Part shown: in pieces, positions 1-8,972 of the stretch
Layout: every line of letters starts with the position of its first letter
How positions within the stretch are numbered: the first letter of the stretch is position 1
NCBI GenBank assembly: GCA_965662235.1
Contig: CBFIGY010000020.1
Location: 1-50,577 of the forward strand
Direction of reading: 5' to 3'
Length of the DNA stretch: 50,577 nucleotides
DNA from: an uncultured bacterium
Lineage (GTDB): Bacteria > SAR324 > NAC60-12
The notes under the pieces: generated by a model
Seen by the model: only the letters and a program-made list of their open reading frames with translations
Databases searched by the model: none
Told to the model about the DNA's origin: nothing
Program-made: the position numbers and the translations under genes

Positions 1-3000
1 GGTGCCATCTGATCCCGGCTGATAGGGCTGTGAGGTCAAATGAACCTGGAGCGCTCCTTCGCCTCCAGACTCTGAAGTGGTGTTGTCCTTGACACTCACA
101 ACATACCCAGCCGTATCATTGTCAACGTTGACAAATCCTTGGGAAGATTCAGGTGTTGTAAGCCAAGCTTCAGGACCGCTGAAAATCGACCAACTTAGCT
201 GGTAGGTTTTATTGTCATCGACAATGTCGTCATCGACTCCAGCAATGGTAAGTGCTTGAGCCGTTTGCCAGTCCCCTGATTTAAACGTCAGTATTTTTGC
301 CGTCGACTGATTGCTTGCGAAACGTGCTTCGGACGCATCATCAATTTGAAAAGACAATGTAACGGATGTGCTGGACGGCAGTGGTAAGTGAGCCAAGCGA
401 ACCTGGAGGACCCGATTCTGACCGGCCTCACTTGTTGTGTTGTCTGCAATGGTGTAGTTGCGCGTGATCCCGGTAAAGTTGTCCGAGGTCGTAATGGCCA
501 CGGGATCCAGCGTCACCGTTGAGCTGCCCAGCAGCGCAACGTTTCCAGCGAGGTCCTGGCCATAGACAAACACCTCAGGCGAGAAGGTGTCACTGGCAAG
601 GGTATGCTCCACCCCAGAGATCGTTTTGGTGGTCAAGCCGTGATCGGGCCATGCCGGTTGGAGCAAGCTGGCGTTGTCGGTGAGCACCTGCCAGCAGTTG
701 GAGTCATCATCCTTCAGGGTGAGGTCCCCACACTCCGTCGCGTTGTCGCTGGGGAGGCTTTCGGTGTTGCTCTTCCAGTAGGCATAGAGGCCGTGGTCGT
801 CCTGCAGACTCAGCGTCAGCCGGACGGTCGTGTTGTCCAGGCTGGTCAGGTTGTCAAACTGGACCGAACCTGTTGGAGGCGTGTTGTCCACATAGAGGCG
901 GTCGTAGGCATTGTCCACCGAGGCATTGTCATTGGTCCCCCCGCTGGAGTTGTCAAAATCGGACGCTGGCGCAACTTGGGCCAACGCGGACGAAAGGTTA
1001 CCGGCGCCATCAAGGAACCATGCGTAAAGGGTGAGGTTGTCGGTCTGATCAGTGGTTTCAAGATCACCCGGCACAAAGGTCACCGACTCCGACACGGATG
1101 GTCCCTGAGTGGTGAACTTCGTGAAGCCAGAGGCATTGTCGGGAAGCACTGGAGCCTGATTCCCGACCACAGCCTGGAGCTGGTAGCCCCAGACGCTGCT
1201 ACGCTCATCCGTAGCGGTCAGTTCCAAGCTGAGGTTGTCGGAGCCCCGGATCACACTCCGGTTGTCAACAACCCGAACACTTCCCACCGGACGCTGCGTG
1301 TCCAGAGTGATGGTGTCCGAGGCACTGACGGAGTTGCCAACACCGTCTTGATACGTCACTGTGATGGTTTTTTCTCCATCTCCAGAAGTCAGGCGGAAGG
1401 GCACGGAGGCATTGTCAAACTGCGGGGTCGGCGTCACCGCCACCTCGCTGGTGTTGTCTGTGTTTCCTGAGCCCTGATAGCTGTAGATGCTGACGTTGTC
1501 TCGGGCGCTCAGGGTCAGCTGAACGTCCAAAGAGCTCGTGTACGCCGGAGTCGCTCCCGAGTTGTTGTCGGTGCTGAAGGGCAGATCCGTCTGGATGGCC
1601 ACTGAGGCACTATGGGGTGGATAGAGGTCCAGGCTGAGGGACTGCGTGAGCAATGGGGACACCAAGCCCGCAGCGTCTTCATAACGCACGTAGAACGGTC
1701 TTTCTCCCTCGGTCGTATTGTCCTGCAGCCGAACAGTCGTCGTCGTCGACCACGCTGTTCCACTTCCCGAAAGCTCTTGATCAACCGTTTCTAAGCTCTC
1801 CCCGAACCACGCTTTGGCAACCTCTTGATCATCACGAGCTTGGAAGGTGAGGGTCAGGTTGTCTGTAGACGCCACTCCCGGACGATCGGTGCCCTTGGAG
1901 CTGCTAATGGAAAAGGTGCCAATCGGCCCTTGAACGTCCTGGACGCCCATCACGGCAAGGACCTCATCCGGCGTCAGCGCCCGGTTGTACACCCGGAGGT
2001 CATCTGTGGACACATTATCCCCTCCCAGGGTCAGGACACCAAGTGGGGAGGTGGGCAAAGAGGTCAGCGGAACGCCATTCTCATACACCGAGAGGCTTCC
2101 CCCCTGTGACATCACCGTCAAAAAGGTCCACGCTCCCTGAGAGGAAACCGTGCTGTTGTCGATCCACGAAGTGCCATCGTTCTGCAGCACAGACCCGGTG
2201 GCTCCGGCGTCCACCTTTGTCCAGAAGGTGACGGTGTAGTTGTCCGTTAACGCAAAGTCTGGCGTCGTCCCTGCTCCCTGAGCGGCCCAACTGTCCCCAA
2301 AGCGGTTGAGCGTAAACGTCGGAGCCCCTGTCAGGTTGTCTGCCTGCCCGGTGAAATCAGAGGTCAGGTTGTCTGTGAAGGGGTAGTAGGCCACCAGTCC
2401 GCGCTGCGGATCCGCATAGAGTTCCTGAACCTGTTGAGCACTCAAACGACTGCTGAAGACCCGCACTTCATCCAAAGCGCCGGTGAAGCCGGAGATCGCC
2501 TGATTTCCCTGCTGAGGAAAAGCAACGCCATCGACATAGACGGTGCCATTGTCCAAAGCCACTAGGTGGTGCCACTGATCCGAAGCAGACACACCAAAGG
2601 CCGTGCCTGCACCTTTGGCCCAGAGGGAGAGGGACGACGGCGCCGACAGGCTGAAGGACGAGGTGTAGTTGTCCAGGGCCAGGGCACCGATGGTGCTTCC
2701 ATAGCGATCTGCGGTGCTGGTGCCCGACACGCCGCTCAGCGACAGGTTGTCGGTTCCCTGGTCCGGAGTGGCGTACCCATCCAATGAGTACCACGCCACC
2801 AGCGAGCTCTGCAGGTCTGCTGTTGTGAAGGTAAAGGTCACCGGCGTCTGGGCCGAAACCCCCGTGACATCCGTCAGGTTGTCCAGAACCGTGACGGTAT
2901 AGGTGGTGCCATTGTCCGGAAGTGCCTGAGCCAGGAAGTGGAAGGAGGTCGCGTTGTCCGCATAGCTCGCCCCTGGAATCACCGCTGGCACCAGAGTGCC

Positions 3001-5970
3001 TGGCAGGGCAGGATCAATCGTGAGGCTGCTGGCAAGAGCAGCGGCCGTCACTTCCTTGTTGAAGGTCAGCTGCAGCGGCGTCCGGCTGGGCAACCCGGTG
3101 CTGGCATTGTCGGGCGCAGAGGCCAGCAGACGCGGAGCAATGGCGGCCGAGTCAGACGTCCACACGGAGATGTTTGCCGGCGTCGCATTGTCCTTGAAGG
3201 CCACATAGACCGTCTTGTTGTCGCTTCCGGAGCCAATGTCGAAGCTCACGTTGTCGTTGCTTGGATTCAGCAGGGAGACCCAGCCCGACTCCGAGCCGTT
3301 GAGTGGCGAAACAGAAGAATTGTCCAGCACCGCATAGTATCCGGTGACACCACTGGAATCGGACGCACTGAGGGTCAGGGTCACGTTGTCCTGCAGGGTG
3401 CTGCCGCCGTAGAACAAACCGTTTCCGCGAAGAACAGAGGCTCCTCCGGCAAGGGAAACCGCCAGATTCGTGGGTCGCACACCATCTAGGCGCGGGGCTC
3501 CCACCAGGTTCAGGTTGGCGGTAGCGTTGTCCAACACCAGTTCGTTTGAACTGCCTCCCGTATCCTTGATCACGCCTGTCAGAGCAGAGTCGTTTGCCAG
3601 TTCAAGTGCAGCAATGTCATCTCCCTCCTGAACGGTGTACGTGAAGACCATCACCGAGTTGGGTAAAGAAGAGCCATCTTCCGAGGAGCCATCTTCCAAG
3701 GAGCTCAGCGAAGCCGTTCGGGTAGTATTGCCTGTGTCGAGCTTTAGAGAGACGTCAGTTGTATTAGAGATGTTCAGCGGCTCGGACGCGACCAGCTTGA
3801 TGGTCACTTCTCCCCCGATTCCCACAATGTTGTGACCGGCCTGCACAGAGGCACTGCTCACAACGGGAGCACGGGTGTCCTTGAGGGTGATCTCACGGTT
3901 GTCCGTCTGGAACAACAAGGCATCCGCAATCTCGTCATAGCCGGATCCCCCTGAATTGGAGATGCCCACTCCCAACGTGAAGCTCAGGTCTCCGTAGCTA
4001 TAGCCGTCGGAGCCCAACAGACTCGGTGTCACCGTGACCGTTTGCGGCTGATCCCAGTTCTCCGAGGTGAAGGTCAGAGTGCTGGTGCTCAGGCGTCCGT
4101 TTCCGGTGAGGGTAAGGGTGAGGGTGACGTCATTAATCGGTCGGCTGTTGAGGCGAATGCTGTAGTCGAAACTCTGGCTCGACTCCGATGCGGACGAGCT
4201 TACCTGAATCCCTCGTTCATCATTGTCTGAAGCAAAGACCCGCAGGGCCCGCTTCAGGTTCTGATAGGCCGTGTCCTTGGTGTCCGTCTGGCCAAGGAGG
4301 AATTCTTCATACTGATAGGTTTCTGGGAAGGCGGTGTTGGCGTCACCGCCCTCAACCAGGGCATCATCCACGGCCTGAACCGTGATGGTGACCTCATTGC
4401 TCCAGTTAGCCGGTGTAAAGGTCAGTGTCTGAGAGGTGTCACTGCTTCCAATCACCACCTGTTGCTCGGGGAGGAGGCTTTTGATGAGACCGCTGTCGTA
4501 CGTATTGATCACCCGTGACAGGGTCACCGTGACGTTGTCCGTAGGCTCCGTTTGCAGACTTACTGCGAAGGCGGCTTCGGGGCCGTTCCCTTCTGTGACC
4601 TCCAACGTGGAGTAAGGGTCCCACTCTGGGGTGCTGGTGCCTGATTGGAGTGTGTCGTTGTCGTAACGGGTGACCAGGGGACGGATGAGGAGCTTCGCCG
4701 TATCATCATCTAGGTTGCTCACAGGGACTGCGGGCAGCTGAAAGCCTGCGTAGCTGACATCCTGAGACTGAACAGCGCCAAAGCGGACCTCATAGAGGGT
4801 GTTTTCCCCTTCATCCACAGCATCATTCTGTCCGGTGACGGTCACCGTCTGTGGCTGGTTCCAGTTGGTGGTGGTGAAGGTCAGGCTGCTTGGAGAGACC
4901 ACGCCTTCTCCGGTATCAGAGCTGGAGAGGGGCAGTACGACCTGCGCCTCAGGCTGCTTCTGCAGCACGACGGTGAAGGTGTCCTGATGAGCAGGGTCGT
5001 TCGTGTCTTCAGCGGTCACCAGCACAGGGTTCGCCAGGTCAATCAGGCTCTCTCCTGTGCGAGATGACGCAATTGAAAAGCCCGCGCTGCTGAGGTCCAC
5101 ATTGGTCATTGCCAACGTGGTCGCGCTGAGGCTGCTGTAGTCAAGGTCGGTTGACTCAGGTACGCCTAAGGTGATGGTGTAGTTCTGGTTGCTGGTGTCA
5201 GACGTGCTGTCGGCAGAGTTACTGACTCCTGCCACCGTCACGGTCTGGGCCACTCCCCAATTGGTCCGGGTGAAGGTCAGGCTGCTCGGAGAAACGGTTC
5301 CTTCAGTCGTATCAGAACTGGAAAGGGGGAGGATGACGTCGGATTTCGGTTTTTTGGTGAGCTTGACGTTGAAGGTGAAGGCAGGAGCATAAGGACTTTC
5401 AAAGGTCTTGCCGCTTGTGACACTGGTGTCATTGGCATCCGTGACCTGAACACCGGGGGTGCCATTGGTGGTAAGGAAGATGGTCACCGACTCTTCTGAT
5501 GAGTCGGTTGCAATGGCAAAGGTGTCGGACTCACCGTAAGAGTCGTACTCCACCTCGTTGCTCGATGCAATGGAGAGGGCCAGGCTCTCCACGTACCGGT
5601 AGGCGAAGAGCTTGATGGGCGTCTCCAACGGAAGGGTCAGGTTGATGGAACTGTCTCCTTGATCCACCAGTCCGGACGCAATGACATCGGTGAGTTGAGA
5701 GGGGTCCTCCACAAAGGTCGTGGTCGCCGGAACGGCAAAGATGACCTCGGTGTTGATGCCCTGTTGCCACTCATCGTCTGAGCGGAAGAGGCGTCGGATC
5801 GGCAAGAAGGACCGAGCAGAGCGATCCCAGTAGTCAACCTGAAGCTGAACAGCAGCCACCTGGTTGCCATCATCAGGCCGGTCTGTGGCACAGGCCAGTA
5901 GCCCGAACAGCAACACGAGCCCAACGGCTCCTTGCAGGAGAACGGATTTGAGAGTCTTGGAGGTCATCAT
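1..5970 (-). CDS. Giant surface lipoprotein/adhesin (at least 1990 aa, 3' end outside window): Calx-beta-like repeats, Ig-like domains, two LamG-like domains
   Basis: Manual translation from ATG at 5970 gives MMTSKTLKSVLLQGAVGLVLLFGLLAC (lipobox, Cys at 5890-5892). The same frame was open at every point checked down to position 1. Contains repeats like SSSDTTEGTVSPSSLTFTRTNWGVAQTVTV and LamG-like FTGALDEVRVFSSRLSAQQVQELY / GLVAYYPF. Missing from the ORF track because no stop lies inside the window. Confidence 0.88.
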   Translation of the reverse strand, partial: MMTSKTLKSVLLQGAVGLVLLFGLLACATDRPDDGNQVAAVQLQVDYWDRSARSFLPIRRLFRSDDEWQQGINTEVIFAVPATTTFVEDPSQLTDVIASGLVDQGDSSINLTLPLETPIKLFAYRYVESLALSIASSNEVEYDSYGESDTFAIATDSSEESVTIFLTTNGTPGVQVTDANDTSVTSGKTFESPYAPAFTFNVKLTKKPKSDVILPLSSSDTTEGTVSPSSLTFTRTNWGVAQTVTVAGVSNSADSTSDTSNQNYTITLGVPESTDLDYSSLSATTLAMTNVDLSSAGFSIASSRTGESLIDLANPVLVTAEDTNDPAHQDTFTVVLQKQPEAQVVLPLSSSDTGEGVVSPSSLTFTTTNWNQPQTVTVTGQNDAVDEGENTLYEVRFGAVQSQDVSYAGFQLPAVPVSNLDDDTAKLLIRPLVTRYDNDTLQSGTSTPEWDPYSTLEVTEGNGPEAAFAVSLQTEPTDNVTVTLSRVINTYDSGLIKSLLPEQQVVIGSSDTSQTLTFTPANWSNEVTITVQAVDDALVEGGDANTAFPETYQYEEFLLGQTDTKDTAYQNLKRALRVFASDNDERGIQVSSSASESSQSFDYSIRLNSRPINDVTLTLTLTGNGRLSTSTLTFTSENWDQPQTVTVTPSLLGSDGYSYGDLSFTLGVGISNSGGSGYDEIADALLFQTDNREITLKDTRAPVVSSASVQAGHNIVGIGGEVTIKLVASEPLNISNTTDVSLKLDTGNTTRTASLSSLEDGSSEDGSSLPNSVMVFTYTVQEGDDIAALELANDSALTGVIKDTGGSSNELVLDNATANLNLVGAPRLDGVRPTNLAVSLAGGASVLRGNGLFYGGSTLQDNVTLTLSASDSSGVTGYYAVLDNSSVSPLNGSESGWVSLLNPSNDNVSFDIGSGSDNKTVYVAFKDNATPANISVWTSDSAAIAPRLLASAPDNASTGLPSRTPLQLTFNKEVTAAALASSLTIDPALPGTLVPAVIPGASYADNATSFHFLAQALPDNGTTYTVTVLDNLTDVTGVSAQTPVTFTFTTADLQSSLVAWYSLDGYATPDQGTDNLSLSGVSGTSTADRYGSTIGALALDNYTSSFSLSAPSSLSLWAKGAGTAFGVSASDQWHHLVALDNGTVYVDGVAFPQQGNQAISGFTGALDEVRVFSSRLSAQQVQELYADPQRGLVAYYPFTDNLTSDFTGQADNLTGAPTFTLNRFGDSWAAQGAGTTPDFALTDNYTVTFWTKVDAGATGSVLQNDGTSWIDNSTVSSQGAWTFLTVMSQGGSLSVYENGVPLTSLPTSPLGVLTLGGDNVSTDDLRVYNRALTPDEVLAVMGVQDVQGPIGTFSISSSKGTDRPGVASTDNLTLTFQARDDQEVAKAWFGESLETVDQELSGSGTAWSTTTTVRLQDNTTEGERPFYVRYEDAAGLVSPLLTQSLSLDLYPPHSASVAIQTDLPFSTDNNSGATPAYTSSLDVQLTLSARDNVSIYSYQGSGNTDNTSEVAVTPTPQFDNASVPFRLTSGDGEKTITVTYQDGVGNSVSASDTITLDTQRPVGSVRVVDNRSVIRGSDNLSLELTATDERSSVWGYQLQAVVGNQAPVLPDNASGFTKFTTQGPSVSESVTFVPGDLETTDQTDNLTLYAWFLDGAGNLSSALAQVAPASDFDNSSGGTNDNASVDNAYDRLYVDNTPPTGSVQFDNLTSLDNTTVRLTLSLQDDHGLYAYWKSNTESLPSDNATECGDLTLKDDDSNCWQVLTDNASLLQPAWPDHGLTTKTISGVEHTLASDTFSPEVFVYGQDLAGNVALLGSSTVTLDPVAITTSDNFTGITRNYTIADNTTSEAGQNRVLQVRLAHLPLPSSTSVTLSFQIDDASEARFASNQSTAKILTFKSGDWQTAQALTIAGVDDDIVDDNKTYQLSWSIFSGPEAWLTTPESSQGFVNVDNDTAGYVVSVKDNTTSESGGEGALQVHLTSQPYQPGSDGT

Positions 5971-5979
5971 AGCTCAGAA

Positions 5980-6891
5980 CTACTGTTGGTTAGCGCGTTC
6001 GATGTTCAGCCGTACGGCCTTCTCGGTTTCTTGCACACTGTTCACGGCTTCATCCGTTTGATCGGAGATGTCGTCCAGGAGGCCTTCTGGAAGTGGGGTC
6101 TCCACTGCCGGCTCCTCCACCGCTGGTTCCTCAGTGGTGGTCTCCTCAACGGGAGCCTCCTCTGCAGGAGCAGCATCTTCCGTGGCCGCCGGTTCCTCTG
6201 AGGCGGCTTCTTCCTGCTCGGCTTGAGCAGCGGCTTCTTCAATGGGCTGGGCGGGCGGGAAGCTCACAGCAGTAAAGGTTTCTGCAGAATCACTTTCCAC
6301 AATGCTGGCCTGCAACTCCGGAGGAACGGAGACAGGGGGAGTGGGGGCGCTACCGACCTCAAGTTTGGACGCCTGCCCCGCACTGACGGCAATCTGGACC
6401 TTAGGGGCTTCAGCAGAGGCCATCTCCACGGTTCCGGAGAGGGTGAGCATGCTGGTGGCACCATCGCCGGCGCCCATCACAAACTCTGTTCCCTTCACGC
6501 CCACAACTGCGGTAGGGGTCCGGACCACAAAACGACGCTTGATCCGTCGATTGGGATCGACCCGGAACTGCGCCTTGCCCACCGGCATGCGGATCTGCGT
6601 TTCTTCCTCCCCCAGTTGATCAAGGGAGAACAGGGAGTTGGACCGGAGCTGAATCACCTCCTCTCCTCGACGCAGAGTCACCAGCGCTTGGGAGTTGGCC
6701 CCCGTCTGCACCCGCGTGTTCTTCTGCAACTCCACCCGTAAGGGATTGTCAGGATCGTCATTGGTGAGGAAACGCACCTGGGTTCCCCTCTGGACCTTGA
6801 GGCGTCCCTGGATCAGTTCCAAGAGGGCTTCCTGGGCTCCTACCTGAGGAGCGAGGAACAGGATCAGCAGCAGTGTCAGTCCGAAGCGCAT
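5980..6891 (-). CDS. Exported FecR-domain protein with acidic Ala/Glu/Pro-rich linker
   Basis: Signal peptide; FecR-like motifs VQTGANSQA and FVVRTPTAVVGVKGTEF. Confidence 0.85.
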   Translation of the reverse strand: MRFGLTLLLILFLAPQVGAQEALLELIQGRLKVQRGTQVRFLTNDDPDNPLRVELQKNTRVQTGANSQALVTLRRGEEVIQLRSNSLFSLDQLGEEETQIRMPVGKAQFRVDPNRRIKRRFVVRTPTAVVGVKGTEFVMGAGDGATSMLTLSGTVEMASAEAPKVQIAVSAGQASKLEVGSAPTPPVSVPPELQASIVESDSAETFTAVSFPPAQPIEEAAAQAEQEEAASEEPAATEDAAPAEEAPVEETTTEEPAVEEPAVETPLPEGLLDDISDQTDEAVNSVQETEKAVRLNIERANQQ

Positions 6892-6897
6892 GTTCAG

Positions 6898-8259
6898 TCA
6901 GAAGATGAAGGTCAATTTGAGAGTGTCCAGGTTCTTGCTGAAGTCCTGGCCCGCCAGGTTCGACTCCTGGAGCTCGTAGCGGTGAGAATAGTCAAGGGAC
7001 GCGCCTCCCGGCAGCGCCCACGTCAAACCAAGGGTGGCATGCATGACAGCCGTCTGTTCACGGGCCTCTTTGGCCGCATCAAACTCGGCATACTGAGTGT
7101 CGGCATAACCGTATTCGGCCAACAACGTCAACGGCTTCCACTGGGGCTTAATCGCCAACTTGCCCTCAATCTTGGAAAGATCCGCCAGTGGATCCGGATC
7201 ATCGGTCTGGGAGTAGGCCAGGCTCGTGTCCCACGGCAGGTCCAGCCAGTTGAAGCTCAGGCCCTGTCCCAGCTTGCGGGTCTGTGTCTCCTGCTCCACA
7301 TCAGGGAAGGTCTTGCGTCCAGCCCGCAGAGTGGTTCTCCAAACCACCTTCTCGCCGACGTTGGCCTTCACCTGAGTGCTGACGTACGACTCGTCTCCCC
7401 CCTGCTTGTAAGCATCTGTCCAAGAGTCCCGGTACGTGGAGGTCTTTTCCTCATCCCGGATGCCAACGGAGTTGTAGCCCACACCCAAGGTGAAGTCGCC
7501 CAGGAACGTGTCTGTGTCATTCCAGTCCACACTCAGCTGACGAAAGAGGATTTCCTTGGAGTCATCCTGAGCAGCAAATTGATCATCAGCATTGATGACA
7601 CCCGTGATGACGAATGCAGAGGTGAACCCGGTGGCCACCTGTCCCACGGCGACCAAGGTCGTGCTGCCCTTGTGCGCAACCCGGTGGTTCGTGGTGGCGC
7701 TGTCGGCGTTGCTGTCTCGAGTCACGTCAAAGATGGTTACCATGGTGAAGCTCGACTTACGGGCCTTCTCCAGGTCGGCAAACTTGACCGTTTCCGTCTC
7801 ATAGAAGATCCGAAACTCCTTTTCTGCGGATCCGGCCTCGGATGTGACTTCGACCTGGATGAGATTGTCTCCCGGCGCCAGCAACGTGTATTGAATCGTA
7901 AAGGTTGCCTCATACTGATCCTCTCCCACCTTCAGGTCGACATCGTTTGCCGTCACCGACTGGAGGGGACTGAAGGCACTCACTGAAACCTTGTAGGCCC
8001 CCTTCGGCTCCTTCACCACCCGCGGAGAGCTGGTGAAGAGCACGATGTCTGCGGCCTCCGTCTGCTCCACCGTCTCTTGGTAAACGTCTTCGGTGAAGAC
8101 CTCGGTTTCCGGCAGGTAGTCCCGACTCTGGGCTGCTGTCTCCGAGAGCGTGTCCCGGAGGTCCTCTTGTGCTCGCTGCACATCATCCACTGCCACCTGA
8201 GCCAGTAACGCGCCTGGCCCGACGCACCATCCTCCCACCATCAGCAGGAGGGGAAGCAT
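6898..8259 (-). CDS. Exported protein with N-terminal Ig-like segment and probable C-terminal outer-membrane beta-barrel
   Basis: Likely start MLPLLLMVGGW (8259) with signal peptide; alternating amphipathic strands; C-terminal LKLTFIF ending in Phe (BAM-type signal). Confidence 0.65.
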   Translation of the reverse strand: MLPLLLMVGGWCVGPGALLAQVAVDDVQRAQEDLRDTLSETAAQSRDYLPETEVFTEDVYQETVEQTEAADIVLFTSSPRVVKEPKGAYKVSVSAFSPLQSVTANDVDLKVGEDQYEATFTIQYTLLAPGDNLIQVEVTSEAGSAEKEFRIFYETETVKFADLEKARKSSFTMVTIFDVTRDSNADSATTNHRVAHKGSTTLVAVGQVATGFTSAFVITGVINADDQFAAQDDSKEILFRQLSVDWNDTDTFLGDFTLGVGYNSVGIRDEEKTSTYRDSWTDAYKQGGDESYVSTQVKANVGEKVVWRTTLRAGRKTFPDVEQETQTRKLGQGLSFNWLDLPWDTSLAYSQTDDPDPLADLSKIEGKLAIKPQWKPLTLLAEYGYADTQYAEFDAAKEAREQTAVMHATLGLTWALPGGASLDYSHRYELQESNLAGQDFSKNLDTLKLTFIF

Positions 8260-8972
8260 TGCTTTGATTCTCTTAGCCAAACGCCTCACAGGATCCCTGT
8301 TTCCAAAAGTGAATGTTAACGGTTGAGGAGCCACCTCCCCAATTCGTGATCTCAACGCTGGTTCATCAGTAGCCCCCACTTTAAGGCGATTTCTCCGCTT
8401 GTCAAGCAGATTGGACACAATAATTAGAGAATCTTTAACTAATTTTTTACTCAAAAAAACAGATACTTAAAAAGTATTTTTCTAAATTTTCCCATCACTA
8501 GGAAAAATTCCAATGCTGCTCTTAAAATTCAGCCAAAAATCCGCCAAACCTTTGTTTGATGGGTCTTGGAGGGGATTCCCTTCCTGCATTCTGAGCTTTT
8601 TGTCCCATAACCCGGTCAAAAGGAGAGAGAGCGGAAAAAAAATGACTGAGACGCTGCCGTTCTGAGCCTGATGAGGGGAAAAAGGAGTTCTTGTCCGTCC
8701 ATGGTGCTTCCTCGAAAAAAATGGGGGCAGCGCGGTCGCCTTGTGGAACCAGGAGGTCCGAACTCAGGCGATCAGGGGTTGGAAGAACGCGGAGGAACGC
8801 CCCCTCTCGACGTCATCGAAAAGAGGAAGACGTGCCGGCAGCAGTCGGTTTGAGACGACGCCCTATTGAAGCAGGCCGTCGGGAAAAAGCACTCCTGAAG
8901 TATACGTAGCCACGCGGAGGAGCACCGCGTCGCCTTGAAGCAGGGGAAGGCTCTCGGGGAGCCGAGGGACGA

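Noticed and set aside
604..5924. Many short ORFs listed in the track over 604-5924
   Set aside because: They are antisense or off-frame shadows of the single giant minus-strand lipoprotein gene
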